Source: Candidatus Aminicenantales bacterium (GTDB taxonomy: Bacteria > Acidobacteriota > Aminicenantia > Aminicenantales > Saccharicenantaceae). Taken from it: DNA of 64,000 nucleotides. Each line of letters starts with the position of its first letter. Positions within the stretch are counted from its first letter, which is position 1. The position numbers and the translations under genes are program-made. Under the pieces are notes generated by a model. That model worked only from the letters and a program-made list of their open reading frames with translations. It did not search any database and was not told where the DNA came from. The stretch spans positions 34,786-98,785 of the forward strand of contig JBEKBS010000012.1 of assembly GCA_050015275.1 (NCBI GenBank), given 5' to 3'. This document shows, piece by piece, positions 20,261 through 30,635 of the stretch.

Positions 20261-22636
20261 ATGATCAGAAGAGCAGCTCTCCTCAGCATCCTCATCATGT
20301 TCCTTGCCCCATGCCTGAGGCCGGAAGTCCTTTACCCTTGGAAAGACACCTACATCGGCGCCCTCGAAGGCGCGGCCTGGCCCGGACTCGTCATCGTCCC
20401 GGACAAGGAGACCGCGTTCGCCTTCGTCCTCAAGGTGGCGAAGGGCGGGCAGACCGTCGAGCGCGGCGATTTTCTTTACCTCGCGTCCGAGGTCGGACCG
20501 CAGTCTCCCGACGGGCAGTACGCCCGGGTCAAGTTCGACCTCGGCCTCCCGTTCAACAAGGCGGGGGACACGCCTGTCCTCCTCAAGCCCCCGCAGAAGA
20601 AACGGACGCTGACCATCGAATGGTCGCGCCGCGACGAGAAGACCGTCATTGGCCGCATCCTTTGCCCGCCCGATATCCAGGTGACGATCGTCCATTACTT
20701 TCCGTGGGATTATTCGGGGGATTACACACTGCTGCCGGACAACCAGGTCCAGGGCCTGGGCGGCCAGGGCCATGCGCAACATTACCTGTTCTGGACGAAC
20801 CGGCCTGGCACACCCGCGCCCGGGGAACGGGGTGAGCTGAGCCTTACGTTCTTCACAGCCGATGACCGGAGCATTTACTTCGTCGCCGGCGCGGGGGACG
20901 ACCCGCGGGACCTGAGCGACCGGATCTTCCGCTACAAGAACGCCATCGCCATCGACGACCTCATCGCCGAGGAGTCCCGCGCTTACGAACAGAAACGGGT
21001 CAAGATCCGGGGCCTCTACGAAGGGGTGCCGGAAGCCATCACGAACAACCTTCACTGGATGGTCCTTTACCAGCCGGGCAACCATCGTCTGTACGCCCCG
21101 GCCGGACGGGGCTGGGTCTTCCCCCGGACGGGAGGCGGCCAGGAGCCTTGGACGATCTTCGAATGGGACGCGTTCTTCAACAGCCTCGAGCTCTCGCTCG
21201 AGAGCTCGAAGCTGGCCATCGACGCCGTCAAGGCCGTGCTCGAGACCCAGTATCCCAACGGCAACATCCCGAACTGGCGGGGCCGCTTCGGGGGGACGGC
21301 GGACAGGTCGCAGCCTCCTGTCGGGGCCTACGTCGTCCTGAAGCTCTTTCAGAAGCTGGGGGACATGGACCTTCTCCGCTTCGCCTACCCTTATCTTCAG
21401 AAATGGCACGAATTCTGGACGGCCCGAAAACCCAACGGCCTCGCCCGTAGGGATGGCAACGGCGACGGCCTCCTCGAGTGGGGGTCGGACACCGAGCTTC
21501 TTGGAAAAGACGTCCCGGCTTGGGAAAAGAACGCCCCGGGAAGGATGCGGGCGGCCTGGGAATCGGGTCAGGACGACCTTCCCAACTGGGATGACGTCCC
21601 TTTCAGCGAGGAGAGCGGGACGCTGATGATGAATTGCGTCGATCTCAACTCGCTCTACGCCCTCGACTCCTGGTGCCTGTCCCAGATCGCCGCGATCCTG
21701 GGCCTCAGCCGCGACGTCGAGGGATACGCCAGCCAGTACGAGAAGCTGAAAGCCCTCGTCAACAGCGTGCTCTGGGATGAAAAGAGAGGCTTCTACTTCG
21801 ACAGGCTCTGGGACGGCAGTTTCTCCACACACATGTCCGCTTCGGGCTTCTTCCCCCTGATCGCCGGGATCCCCGACGAAAAGAGGGCTCAGCGCATGCT
21901 TAGGCACCTCCTCGACCCCAAGAAGTTCTGGGGCGATTATGTGCTCCCGACTATCTCCCGCGACGACCCGGCCTTCAAGCCCGAGAACCAGCAGTATTGG
22001 CGGGGAACGATCTGGCCCCCGACGAACTATCTTGTCTATCAGGGGCTCAAGACCTACGGCTTCGATGCCGTCGCCTCGGAATTCGCCAAGAAGAGCGCGG
22101 AGATGTTCCTCCGGGCCTGGACCAATTTCCAGATCTGCCCGGAGAACTTCGATTGTCTGAGCGGCGAGCCCGGCGGCCAGCGCTACCAGAGCTGGGGCCC
22201 TCTGTTCGCCCTCTCCGCCGTCGAAGAGTACCTGGACTTCACGCCGTGGGAGGGCTTCCGGATCGGCATGCTCAAGCCCGACCGCAGCGGGACCCTCTCG
22301 CGGGTCTCGATCCAAGGGCGGCAATACGAGGTCAGGGTCTCCGAATCGGGAACAACGCTCCGGGAGGAAGGCGAAGAGATCCTTTCGGCGGACGGGGGGG
22401 CGGTCTTCCGCCATTTTCTCTACAACGAGTCCGAGGTCTCCTTCGAGGTCAAGACCCTGAAGAGGCGGGTCCTCAAGCTCCGGTTCCTGACCAAAGGGAA
22501 GTACCAGCTCCTGATCGACGGCCGGGAGGTGGACGTTTTCAAGGGAGATTCCCTGAAGTTCGAAGTTCCGGAAGGCAACCACACGGTCCTTGTCCAGCTC
22601 CTGGAGAGTCTGTCAAAACAGGGCCCGCCCCGCTGA
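20261..22636 (+). CDS. secreted six-hairpin glycoside hydrolase (GH63 / MGH1-like, trehalase-fold)
   Basis: I place the start at ATG 20261 (MIRRAALLSILIMFLAPC leader). Motifs FEWDAFFNS, WESGQDDLPNWDD and YWRGTIWPPTNYLVYQGL are typical of GH63/GH37-type (alpha/alpha)6 enzymes. Confidence 0.7.
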   Translation: MIRRAALLSILIMFLAPCLRPEVLYPWKDTYIGALEGAAWPGLVIVPDKETAFAFVLKVAKGGQTVERGDFLYLASEVGPQSPDGQYARVKFDLGLPFNKAGDTPVLLKPPQKKRTLTIEWSRRDEKTVIGRILCPPDIQVTIVHYFPWDYSGDYTLLPDNQVQGLGGQGHAQHYLFWTNRPGTPAPGERGELSLTFFTADDRSIYFVAGAGDDPRDLSDRIFRYKNAIAIDDLIAEESRAYEQKRVKIRGLYEGVPEAITNNLHWMVLYQPGNHRLYAPAGRGWVFPRTGGGQEPWTIFEWDAFFNSLELSLESSKLAIDAVKAVLETQYPNGNIPNWRGRFGGTADRSQPPVGAYVVLKLFQKLGDMDLLRFAYPYLQKWHEFWTARKPNGLARRDGNGDGLLEWGSDTELLGKDVPAWEKNAPGRMRAAWESGQDDLPNWDDVPFSEESGTLMMNCVDLNSLYALDSWCLSQIAAILGLSRDVEGYASQYEKLKALVNSVLWDEKRGFYFDRLWDGSFSTHMSASGFFPLIAGIPDEKRAQRMLRHLLDPKKFWGDYVLPTISRDDPAFKPENQQYWRGTIWPPTNYLVYQGLKTYGFDAVASEFAKKSAEMFLRAWTNFQICPENFDCLSGEPGGQRYQSWGPLFALSAVEEYLDFTPWEGFRIGMLKPDRSGTLSRVSIQGRQYEVRVSESGTTLREEGEEILSADGGAVFRHFLYNESEVSFEVKTLKRRVLKLRFLTKGKYQLLIDGREVDVFKGDSLKFEVPEGNHTVLVQLLESLSKQGPPR

Positions 22637-22711
22637 CCAGGCCCTCCTTTCTTTATGCTTATTGCCCGGCAGGAGCGCAAATCCGTTCGTAGTGGAGCCG
22701 AGGGGCAAAGC

Positions 22712-23887
22712 TCAGGGCGTTTCTTCCCGGGAGGACGCCGACAACCTTCCCGGAAGGGAATAATAAAGGAAGCACATCGCGGCCAGGACAGCCGAGAGGA
22801 GGAACGGGGCCCTGATCCCGAAACGGTCGGAGAGGACGCCGGCCAGAAGACTCACCAGGGCGCCGGCCAGGGTCTGGATGTTCGACACCCAGCTGAAAGC
22901 TTGGGTCTGTTCCCCGCGGGGAACGCTGCTTCCCACGAACGTGTGAAGGGACGGGTACGTCATCAGGAGAAAGATGCCGAATATGAAAAGCCCTACGACG
23001 GCCACCGTCCGGCCCGGCGCGAAGCCGATGGCGGCCAAGCTCAGGGCTGTGACGCCGATGCTCATGAGGAAGACCGTCCGCCGGCCGAGGCGGCGGCTGA
23101 TATATCCGTATCCATATCCAGAAACGGTTCCAAGGGCGATCCACAAGGACAGATAAAGCCCCGTCTGCCCGATGGGGACGGAGAACTGGTGGTTGAGCAG
23201 GGACGGCGCGTAGAAGATGGTCAGGGACCAGCCCATGCCGCCGAAGATGAAACCCGGTACCAGGTGGCGGATCCGGCGGAGGACCTTCATCCACGAGGTC
23301 ACGCGCAGCGACGGCTTGATGTCGCTTTTTGAAGAAATCCCCTTGATGACGAGATAGGCCACGGTTCCCAGGGCCAGTCCGAAGACAGACCAGGCGATGA
23401 GGGGGACTTTCCAGTCCCACTTCTGAGCCAGGTAGCCGACCGAGAGAAAAGCCAGGAGGACTCCGATGTTCCCGGACCCGGACTGGATACCCATCGCCTG
23501 GTCGAGGCCATGGGCGGGCTGCGACTTGGCGATCCAGGCGATCACGACTGGATGGTAGAAGCTGGTGACCGCGCGCATGAAGAGGAAGAACGCGAGGAGC
23601 GTCAGGAAGGAGGAGGCGAGGGGGACCAGGGACAGGGACAGGCAGATCCCGAGGAAGCTCCAGAGCATCAACGTCTTGTACTCGATGTGGAAAGAGAGCT
23701 TGACCACCAGGAACTGGACAAGCAGGGTCGTCAGCAGCCCCAGGTTCGACAGGAGTCCGATCTGGGAATAGCTCGTGAGGAGCGGACTCCGGCCATAGAG
23801 AAGGGGGAAGACCATGGGCACGACGACCGTCGTCGCGTCGTTGAGCGCGTGGAAGAGGGATGCGGACAGAAGGATCCTGTTTTTCAT
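22712..23887 (-). CDS. MFS transporter
   Basis: About 12 predicted TM helices. The track start at 23893 is TTG, and the ATG at 23887 (MKNRILLSASLFHALND) is the more likely start. Confidence 0.75.
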   Translation of the reverse strand: MKNRILLSASLFHALNDATTVVVPMVFPLLYGRSPLLTSYSQIGLLSNLGLLTTLLVQFLVVKLSFHIEYKTLMLWSFLGICLSLSLVPLASSFLTLLAFFLFMRAVTSFYHPVVIAWIAKSQPAHGLDQAMGIQSGSGNIGVLLAFLSVGYLAQKWDWKVPLIAWSVFGLALGTVAYLVIKGISSKSDIKPSLRVTSWMKVLRRIRHLVPGFIFGGMGWSLTIFYAPSLLNHQFSVPIGQTGLYLSLWIALGTVSGYGYGYISRRLGRRTVFLMSIGVTALSLAAIGFAPGRTVAVVGLFIFGIFLLMTYPSLHTFVGSSVPRGEQTQAFSWVSNIQTLAGALVSLLAGVLSDRFGIRAPFLLSAVLAAMCFLYYSLPGRLSASSREETP

Positions 23888-24117
23888 GACCAAAAGAGGC
23901 CTATGTTAAATAACGCTCCCGCTATTGTCAATTTCTTCGCCCGCTGGTCGAGGATCCGTGCCCGTTCGGCCCTCCCGCCGGGAGCGGATTCCGAGGAGCG
24001 ACTCCGAGAACACCCCTGCGCTATTTTCCTCAAGGGCCTCAAGGGATGGTTGCATCTATGCCGGAAATCCTTTAGGTTATCCTCGATAACGTATTGCGAT
24101 TAAAGGAGGGCCATCAC

Positions 24118-25173
24118 ATGGCGAGCTACACGCGGAGGGATTTCATCAAGGCCGGAGTGGGGATCGGGGCCGCGGCGCTCGTCTCCGGCGGGCGCGGCCA
24201 GGCCTCTCCCGGACCTCCGGAAGGGGGCCCGATGCGCGTCGTCTCCAGCGGGAACGGGCTCCGGGCGACGGGAAAGGCCATGGAGATCCTCAAGGGCGGG
24301 GGAGATCCGTTGGACGCCGTTATCGCCGGGGTCAATATCGTCGAAGACGACCCTGAAGACATGTCCGTGGGATACGGCGGTCTGCCGAACGCCGAAGGGG
24401 TTGTCGAGCTCGACGCCTCGGTCATGTACGGGCCCACCCACGCGGCTGGCGCCGTAGCCTCTCTCCAGAACATCAAGAACCCCTCCAAAGTCGCCAAGCT
24501 CGTCATGGAAAAAACGCCCCACGTCCTTCTCGTCGGCGAGGGGGCCCTGAAGTTCGCCCTGGCCCAGGGCTTCAAGAAAGAAAACCTCCTGACCGAAAAG
24601 GCCCGCGAGATCTGGCTCCGCTGGAAAAAGGAGCAGGGCGGGAAGGGCGACTGGCCACCGGCCGCGGCGAGCGGGCATCCGCAAGAGCTTCGGACCGCCC
24701 TGACGACCTACGGGACCATCAACTGCATCGCCCTGGATGCGGCGGGCCGGTTGGCCGGCGTCACATCGACAAGCGGCCTCTCTTGGAAACTCCCCGGCCG
24801 GGTGGGCGATTCGCCGATCATCGGGGCCGGACTCTACGTGGACAACGATATCGGGGCCGCGGGCTCGACGGGCCTGGGCGAGGCCAACCTCCGGACCTGC
24901 GCCAGTTTCAGGATCGTGGACTTCATGGACCGGGGAGTTTCGCCTGAACAAGCCTGCCTGAAGGTCTGCGAGGAGGTCTCCCGGAAGATGACGCTCGCGC
25001 CCCGCTGGCGCGATACGGATGGTCTGCCGAATTTCGGTCTCCATTTTTACGCCCTGAACAAGAAAGGCGAGTTCGGCTCAGCCGGGATCTATGAGGGGGG
25101 AAAGTACGCGGCCCACGACGGCGTCGAGAACAAGCTCAGGGACTGCGCCGGGCTCTATAAAAAGAAAAAATAG
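24118..25173 (+). CDS. Ntn-hydrolase of the asparaginase-2 family (glycosylasparaginase / isoaspartyl peptidase), Tat-exported
   Basis: ATG 24118 follows AAGGAGGG. It has a twin-arginine leader (TRRDFIKAGVGIGAAAL), the autoprocessing region YGTINCIALD and GDSPIIGAGLYVD. Confidence 0.8.
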   Translation: MASYTRRDFIKAGVGIGAAALVSGGRGQASPGPPEGGPMRVVSSGNGLRATGKAMEILKGGGDPLDAVIAGVNIVEDDPEDMSVGYGGLPNAEGVVELDASVMYGPTHAAGAVASLQNIKNPSKVAKLVMEKTPHVLLVGEGALKFALAQGFKKENLLTEKAREIWLRWKKEQGGKGDWPPAAASGHPQELRTALTTYGTINCIALDAAGRLAGVTSTSGLSWKLPGRVGDSPIIGAGLYVDNDIGAAGSTGLGEANLRTCASFRIVDFMDRGVSPEQACLKVCEEVSRKMTLAPRWRDTDGLPNFGLHFYALNKKGEFGSAGIYEGGKYAAHDGVENKLRDCAGLYKKKK

Positions 25174-25198
25174 ACGCGCCGCACCGGCCACCGGCCGC

Positions 25199-25882
25199 TC
25201 ATTCCTCCATCAGGATGACGGGAAAGCCCTCGTCCGCCAGCCGGCGGGCTGTTTTGAGCGCCCCGTCCCTGTCCCTGGCCCTGACCCGGACCCGGAAATA
25301 GGTGCGGTCCGGCGTTTTGAAGGTCGAGACAAAAACACCTTCGTAGCGCGCTTCAAGCTGCCTTTTGAGGGCATAAGCGTTCTCCTGGACGGCGAACGCG
25401 CCGACCTGGACGGAGAAACGGCCTGGCGGCGCGGCCGCGGCTGCGGCGTAGCCCTCGAGGACTTCCAGGCGGACCCTGGCCGTTCCGGGACCGATCATCC
25501 CCAGGACACGGGCCGCGGCATAGGACAGGTCGATGATCCGGCCCCCGATAAAAGGCCCCCGGTCGTTGACCCGGACGACGGCCGTCTGCTGGTTGTCCAG
25601 ATTGGTCACCATGAGGGTCGTCCCGAAGGGCAGCGTGGGGTGGGCCGCCGTCATGTCGTTCATGTTATAGATCTCCCGGTTCGAGGTGGGCCGGCCGTGG
25701 AATTCTTTCCCGTACCAGGAGGCGAGGCCGACCTCGACCCCGCCGCGGGGACCGGGCGGGGGCCGATAGCTCAGACGCGAACACGACGACCCGGCGAGGG
25801 CCAGAAGGACGAGAGCAAGCCAGGGAATAGCCCTGCTCGTCCGGAGACCTCCCCGTCCGGAGAAAACGGGCCGGCCCTTCAT
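25199..25882 (-). CDS. rlpA: septal ring lytic transglycosylase RlpA family lipoprotein (DPBB + SPOR domains)
   Basis: I place the start at ATG 25882, an ATGA overlap with the upstream stop. It has the lipobox LAGSSC, a DPBB motif (ASWYGKEFHGRPTSNREIY...VRVNDRGPF) and a C-terminal SPOR-like FSVQVGAF. Confidence 0.85.
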   Translation of the reverse strand: MKGRPVFSGRGGLRTSRAIPWLALVLLALAGSSCSRLSYRPPPGPRGGVEVGLASWYGKEFHGRPTSNREIYNMNDMTAAHPTLPFGTTLMVTNLDNQQTAVVRVNDRGPFIGGRIIDLSYAAARVLGMIGPGTARVRLEVLEGYAAAAAAPPGRFSVQVGAFAVQENAYALKRQLEARYEGVFVSTFKTPDRTYFRVRVRARDRDGALKTARRLADEGFPVILMEE

Positions 25883-26616
25883 TTCAAGAATACCGAGAAC
25901 CGCTTCCTCAGAAATTGGAAGGCCTCCCGGGGAGAGGAGCAGAACTTGAAGAGGGACAGATCTTCGGCGCAGATCGCCTTCATCTTGATGAGGTTCTCGA
26001 ACTTGATCACCTTGCGCCAGTAGTCTTCTCCATACAAAACGAGGGTCATCTCCTTCTTCGAGATCTTGCTCGTCTGGAGCAGGGTGATGATCTCGAAGAA
26101 CTCGTCGAGCGTTCCATAGCCGCCGGGGCAGATGACGACGGCCCTGGCCTTGTAGACCAGCCAGAACTTCCGCATGAAGAAATAATGGAACGTGAACGAC
26201 AGGTCCGGCGTGATATAGGGGTTCGGCTCCTGGGCCTGGGGGAGGGCGATGTTCATGCCGATCGTCTTCCCCCCGGCCCGAGCCGCGCCCCGGTTGGCCG
26301 CCTCCATCATGCCCGGCCCGGCCCCCGTACAGACCACGAAATCCTTGCCCTTGGGTTTTTTCAGGGAGATCGCCCACTTCGCCAGAAGGTAGGCAAGCTC
26401 TTCAACCTCCCAATAATAGCGATACAGGATGGAATCCGGGGAGATGGGATTGGCCTTGGCCGAACCGAGGAAGAGGATGGTGCTGTTGATCTTGTGTTTG
26501 TCCAGCGTGGTCATGGGCCCCAGATATTCGCTCAGGATCCTGAGGGTCCGCCCCTCCAAGGATTCCAGGAAGGCCGGGTCACGATAATATTCTTCGGGAT
26601 GGAAGAGTTTGGCCAT
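25879..26616 (-). CDS. LOG/TIGR00730 family Rossmann-fold nucleotide-binding protein
   Basis: 245 aa with GAGPGMMEAANRGA and the PGGYGTLDEFFE motif. Confidence 0.8.
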   Translation of the reverse strand: MAKLFHPEEYYRDPAFLESLEGRTLRILSEYLGPMTTLDKHKINSTILFLGSAKANPISPDSILYRYYWEVEELAYLLAKWAISLKKPKGKDFVVCTGAGPGMMEAANRGAARAGGKTIGMNIALPQAQEPNPYITPDLSFTFHYFFMRKFWLVYKARAVVICPGGYGTLDEFFEIITLLQTSKISKKEMTLVLYGEDYWRKVIKFENLIKMKAICAEDLSLFKFCSSPREAFQFLRKRFSVFLK

Positions 26617-26760
26617 CGGGTTCCCTCACGGCTGGACTTGACGGCGGAATCTCAAAGCGGCCAGATTTTAACAGATTCGGACAGCCGTCACAAGCCGGGC
26701 GTGACTTCTTTGACTTCGCCGCGCGGCCTATGGTATCAATAGGACTTTGAGGATAAGCCC

Positions 26761-27495
26761 ATGAACCCAACGCCGGGAGTTCTTTCGACCCTCGAATACG
26801 CGGGACGACTCATTTCGCTGGGGACGGCGCCCGACGGGGCCAAGGCGGTGATCATCTACGCCATCACGGGCCGGTCGCCGTCGAGCCAGGCCCGGAAGCT
26901 CGTTTTCCGGGCCGGGGGCATCTGGGTCCAGCCGACCGATGAGGAGGTCCTCAAAAAAGGCAACGTCGACCTCCTCGTCTATCCCGCTGTCCTTTTTCAT
27001 CAAACGGGGATCGCCGTCTCCAACGGTAAGCAGACGACCATCATCCGGGACGGGCTGTCGAGAGAGGCAAATCCCGTTTCCGTCCTCGCCGGGGCCCTGG
27101 AGGGCTGGGATTTTGAGCCGGATGCTCCCATCTTCACCCCACGGATCAGCGGCTGCGTCCGGGTTGGCGCCGCCGGGTTGAGCCTCATTCGCCGCGGGCC
27201 GGGCGGAGTGACGCTCCGGAGCTTTTTTGAAGTCCCGATCCGGCCGGGCAAAGCCGGCCTGATCTCGACCTATCAGGGGACCAACAGCGACCCGCTCCCT
27301 TGCTTCGAAGGGGAGCCCCGGGAGATGCTCCTCGAAGGAGCAGCGCCCTGGGAAACGGCGAAAAACGTCTATGACGCGCTCGGGCCACGGGTTCCCGGGA
27401 AAGACTTCCGGGTGGCCGTCGCCTGCGTCTTCGCTTCCCTGGCCGATCCCGCGGTCTACGATCTCCACATCATCAACCGGCAGGAAAGGACCTGA
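26761..27495 (+). CDS. purO: archaeal-type IMP cyclohydrolase (PurO-like)
   Basis: 244 aa. YAGRLISLG....IIYAITGRSPSSQARK resembles PurO. It lies immediately upstream (4-nt gap) of an AICARFT-only purH. Confidence 0.65.
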   Translation: MNPTPGVLSTLEYAGRLISLGTAPDGAKAVIIYAITGRSPSSQARKLVFRAGGIWVQPTDEEVLKKGNVDLLVYPAVLFHQTGIAVSNGKQTTIIRDGLSREANPVSVLAGALEGWDFEPDAPIFTPRISGCVRVGAAGLSLIRRGPGGVTLRSFFEVPIRPGKAGLISTYQGTNSDPLPCFEGEPREMLLEGAAPWETAKNVYDALGPRVPGKDFRVAVACVFASLADPAVYDLHIINRQERT

Positions 27496-27499
27496 AAGA

Positions 27500-28579
27500 A
27501 TGGACAAGCCCGAACGCACCGCCCGAACCCAATATCAGACCAAGGTCAGGGAAGATTTCCCGGACGTCCTGCCGTTCGGAGAGACCCGCTTCGTCAAGAA
27601 ATTCCCGATGCGCTACGGCGAGAACCCCGGCTATCCGGCGGCTTTTTACCAGGAAGCCGGGGCCTCCGGCCCGAACATGGGGAGTATCGAGCTCCTCCAG
27701 GAAGGGACAAAAGGCCTGAGCTACATCAACGTGGGCGACATGGACCTCGGCCAGAGACTGGCCAGGAAGATCACCGACGTGTTCAAGGGCCGCAAGGCCT
27801 GCGTCCTGATCAAGCACGAGATGCCGAGCGGTGTTGCCCTCGGTGACGACGAGGTGGGCACGTTCGAGAAGGCCTGGAACTGCGATTCCCTGTCGAACTT
27901 CGGCAGCGTCGACGTTTTCAACTACCCGGTGACAGAGCCGCTGGCCAGGTTGCTCGTCGAGAGCCCGCGGAACGTCGAGGTCGTCTACGCCCCTGGAATC
28001 ACCCCCCAGGCCCTCGACGTCCTGGCCACGAGGAAGGTTCTCCGCGTCGTTCGGATGGGGGCTTCCCTCGAGTCTGCTTCGGTCGACAACGGGCTCGAGA
28101 TCAAGCGGGTGGCCGGCGGTCTCCTCGTCCAAAAGCGGTTTGATTCGAAAATCGTCTCGCCCGAGTCCGTGGACATCGTCTCTGCCCGGAAACCGAGCGA
28201 CGAAGAGATCCAGGCCGCGATCTTCAACTGGACCGTGGCGGCTTTCACCCGCTCCAACGCCGTTGTGATCGGCAAAGCCGATAAGACCCACGGCATCGGC
28301 TCGGGGCAACGGAGCCGCATCGATTCGACCGAGGACGCCATCCGGCTGTCGCGCCGCGGGTACGGGCCTGAAGGCTGCGTCCTGGCTTCCGATGCCTTCA
28401 TGCCGTTTCCCGACGTCGTAGAGCTCGCGGCCAAGAATGGGATCACGGCCGTCATCTACCCGCTCGGCTCCGTCAAGGACCAGGAGGTCATCGCCCGGGC
28501 CAACGAGCTGGGGCTGGCTATGATCGTCACCCGGAAGCCCGGCGAAGTCGATTGCGAGAGGTGCTTCCTCCACCGCTGA
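27500..28579 (+). CDS. purH: AICAR formyltransferase (PurH AICARFT domain only, no MGS-like cyclohydrolase domain)
   Basis: ATG 27500 ([10 protein letters not shown]..). [14 protein letters not shown] and SYINVGDMD resemble the AICARFT domain of PurH. At 359 aa it is too short to include the N-terminal IMPCH domain. Confidence 0.75.
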   Translation: MDKPERTARTQYQTKVREDFPDVLPFGETRFVKKFPMRYGENPGYPAAFYQEAGASGPNMGSIELLQEGTKGLSYINVGDMDLGQRLARKITDVFKGRKACVLIKHEMPSGVALGDDEVGTFEKAWNCDSLSNFGSVDVFNYPVTEPLARLLVESPRNVEVVYAPGITPQALDVLATRKVLRVVRMGASLESASVDNGLEIKRVAGGLLVQKRFDSKIVSPESVDIVSARKPSDEEIQAAIFNWTVAAFTRSNAVVIGKADKTHGIGSGQRSRIDSTEDAIRLSRRGYGPEGCVLASDAFMPFPDVVELAAKNGITAVIYPLGSVKDQEVIARANELGLAMIVTRKPGEVDCERCFLHR

Positions 28580-28616
28580 GTTTTCTGAATCCGGACGGCT
28601 GCCGGGGAGAGCTTCC

Positions 28617-29096
28617 GTGAGCCTCAGGGAATATCAAAAGAAGCGTGATTTCGGCCGGACGTCCGAGCCCTCGGAATCCCGGGCCAAGACAACCGGCAGG
28701 ACCCTGATCTATGCCATCCAGAAACATCAGGCCTCGCGCCTTCATTACGACCTGAGGCTCGAGGAACGGGGCGTGCTGAAGAGCTGGGCCATTCCCAAAG
28801 TCCCGGTCAACAGGGAAGGGGTCAAGCGGCTGGCCGTCCAGACCGAGGACCATCCCCTCGGATACGAAGACTTCGAGGGGGAGATCCCGGAACCCCAATA
28901 CGGTGCCGGGACCGTCGAGGTCTGGGACCGGGGTGAATACCGTCCGCTCGAAAGGGCACCGGACAAGATGATCGTCGAGATCTCGGGTCGGCGGCTTCGC
29001 GGGCGGTTCGCCCTGATCCGGATCAAGGCCAGGGAAGGCGGGGATAAGAACTGGCTATTCTTCAAGCTCAAAGAGCAACCCAAGCCGACCTCTTAG
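28617..29096 (+). CDS. stand-alone LigD-type 3'-phosphoesterase (PE) domain protein
   Basis: GTG start. Motifs [34 protein letters not shown] and GTVEVWDRG match the LigD N-terminal PE module. Confidence 0.8.
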   Translation: MSLREYQKKRDFGRTSEPSESRAKTTGRTLIYAIQKHQASRLHYDLRLEERGVLKSWAIPKVPVNREGVKRLAVQTEDHPLGYEDFEGEIPEPQYGAGTVEVWDRGEYRPLERAPDKMIVEISGRRLRGRFALIRIKAREGGDKNWLFFKLKEQPKPTS

Positions 29097-29191
29097 CGCC
29101 CTTTTGGAGGGGGAATCCGCTCCGCCCGGCCCGCGAAACATCCGCCTTGACAGGGACTCGGAGTTTATTGGATATATGGAAGTTGCTTTTC

Positions 29192-30622
29192 ATGCGAAGA
29201 TCATCATCGAGCGCTGCCCGCCCAAGACCTCAGGCCGCCGGGCTCCTGGTCGTCCTCCCCGGCTTCCTTTTGGTCCTGGCCATGATCTCGTGCGCGAGGG
29301 ACCGGACCCATGCCCGCTATGGAGAGGTCGCGGACAAGATCCGCAGGACGGGGCTGATGGATGAAAAGGCCTACGATGTCCTTCGCCGGATCACGGAAGT
29401 CGGCCCCCGGCTGACCGCCTCGCCCGAAGCTGCCGCGGCGGTCGACCTGACCCGGAAGATCATGGAGGGCATGGGGTTCGACAATGTCCATCTGGAACCC
29501 ATCACCGTCAACCGCTGGGTCAGGGGGGCCAAGGAAGAGGCCAAGGTCATCAACTCGGGGGAACCCGGGAGGATCGCCCTGTCGGTCACGGCGCTCGGGG
29601 GGAGCATCGGGACGCCGGGGCCGGGGATCACGGCCCCACTGGTCGAAGTCAGATCCTTTGAGGAACTTGATCGCCTCGGGACCGGCGTCAAAGGGAAGAT
29701 CGTGTTTTTCAACAGGCCCATGGACAGGACGCAAGTCGACCCTTTCGCGGCCTATGGCGGAGCCGCCGACCAGAGGGTCGGCGGGGCCGTCCGGGCTGCC
29801 CGACTGGGCGCGGTGGCCGTCCTGGTCCGGTCGTTGACGTTCCGCATCGATGATGCTCCGCATACGGGCATGATGAGCTATTCCCCCGACGTCCCGAAGA
29901 TCCCGGCGGCCGCGGTCAGCACTGCCGGAGCCGAAATCCTAAGCGCCCTGTTGAAAAATGGAAAACCGGTCTCCGTTTTTCTCAAGATGAGCTGCGAAAG
30001 CCTTCCTCCCGTTCCCTCCGCCAATGTCGTCGGCGAGATCACGGGCTCAGAATCGCCTCATGACATCATCCTCGTCGGCGGACATCTGGACAGCTGGGAC
30101 CTGGGCACGGGGGCCCAAGATGACGGGGCCGGCTGCGCTGTCAGCCTGGAGGCGCTTCGCCTGGTCAAGGCCATCGGCCTCCGTCCAAAGCGGACCATCC
30201 GGGCCGTGCTCTTCATGGACGAGGAGTTCGGCGGAACGGGCGGCCGCTTCTACGCCGTCGCTTCCCAGAGAAAGGGGGAGAGACACCTGGTCGCCATGGA
30301 ATCCGACCGGGGAGGCACCCTGCCCGTAGGGCTCGCGGGGGGAGGCTCGGACCCAGGAGCGCTCCGCAGGCTCCGGGCCTGGAGTGCTTTGCTCCGACCC
30401 TTGGGCATCACGGACATCGGCCCCGGAGGCGGCGGGGTGGACATCGGGCCCCTCCTCGAGCGGGGGGCCGTGCCGGTCGCCGTCATCACGAACGCCCAGC
30501 CCTATTTCGACGTCCATCATTCGGCCCATGATGTTCTCGAGAGCGTTCATCCCCGCGAGCTCGAGCTCCAGGCCGTCATCCTGGCGATCCTATGTTATAT
30601 CTTCGCCCAGGAAGGAACCTGA
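29192..30622 (+). CDS. M28 family aminopeptidase, probable lipoprotein
   Basis: ATG 29192 (the track start at 29147 is TTG). The leader ends ..LVLAMISC. The metal-binding block is GGHLDSWDLGTGAQDDGAG. Confidence 0.75.
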   Translation: MRRSSSSAARPRPQAAGLLVVLPGFLLVLAMISCARDRTHARYGEVADKIRRTGLMDEKAYDVLRRITEVGPRLTASPEAAAAVDLTRKIMEGMGFDNVHLEPITVNRWVRGAKEEAKVINSGEPGRIALSVTALGGSIGTPGPGITAPLVEVRSFEELDRLGTGVKGKIVFFNRPMDRTQVDPFAAYGGAADQRVGGAVRAARLGAVAVLVRSLTFRIDDAPHTGMMSYSPDVPKIPAAAVSTAGAEILSALLKNGKPVSVFLKMSCESLPPVPSANVVGEITGSESPHDIILVGGHLDSWDLGTGAQDDGAGCAVSLEALRLVKAIGLRPKRTIRAVLFMDEEFGGTGGRFYAVASQRKGERHLVAMESDRGGTLPVGLAGGGSDPGALRRLRAWSALLRPLGITDIGPGGGGVDIGPLLERGAVPVAVITNAQPYFDVHHSAHDVLESVHPRELELQAVILAILCYIFAQEGT

Positions 30623-30635
30623 CAATGGAGCCCGC

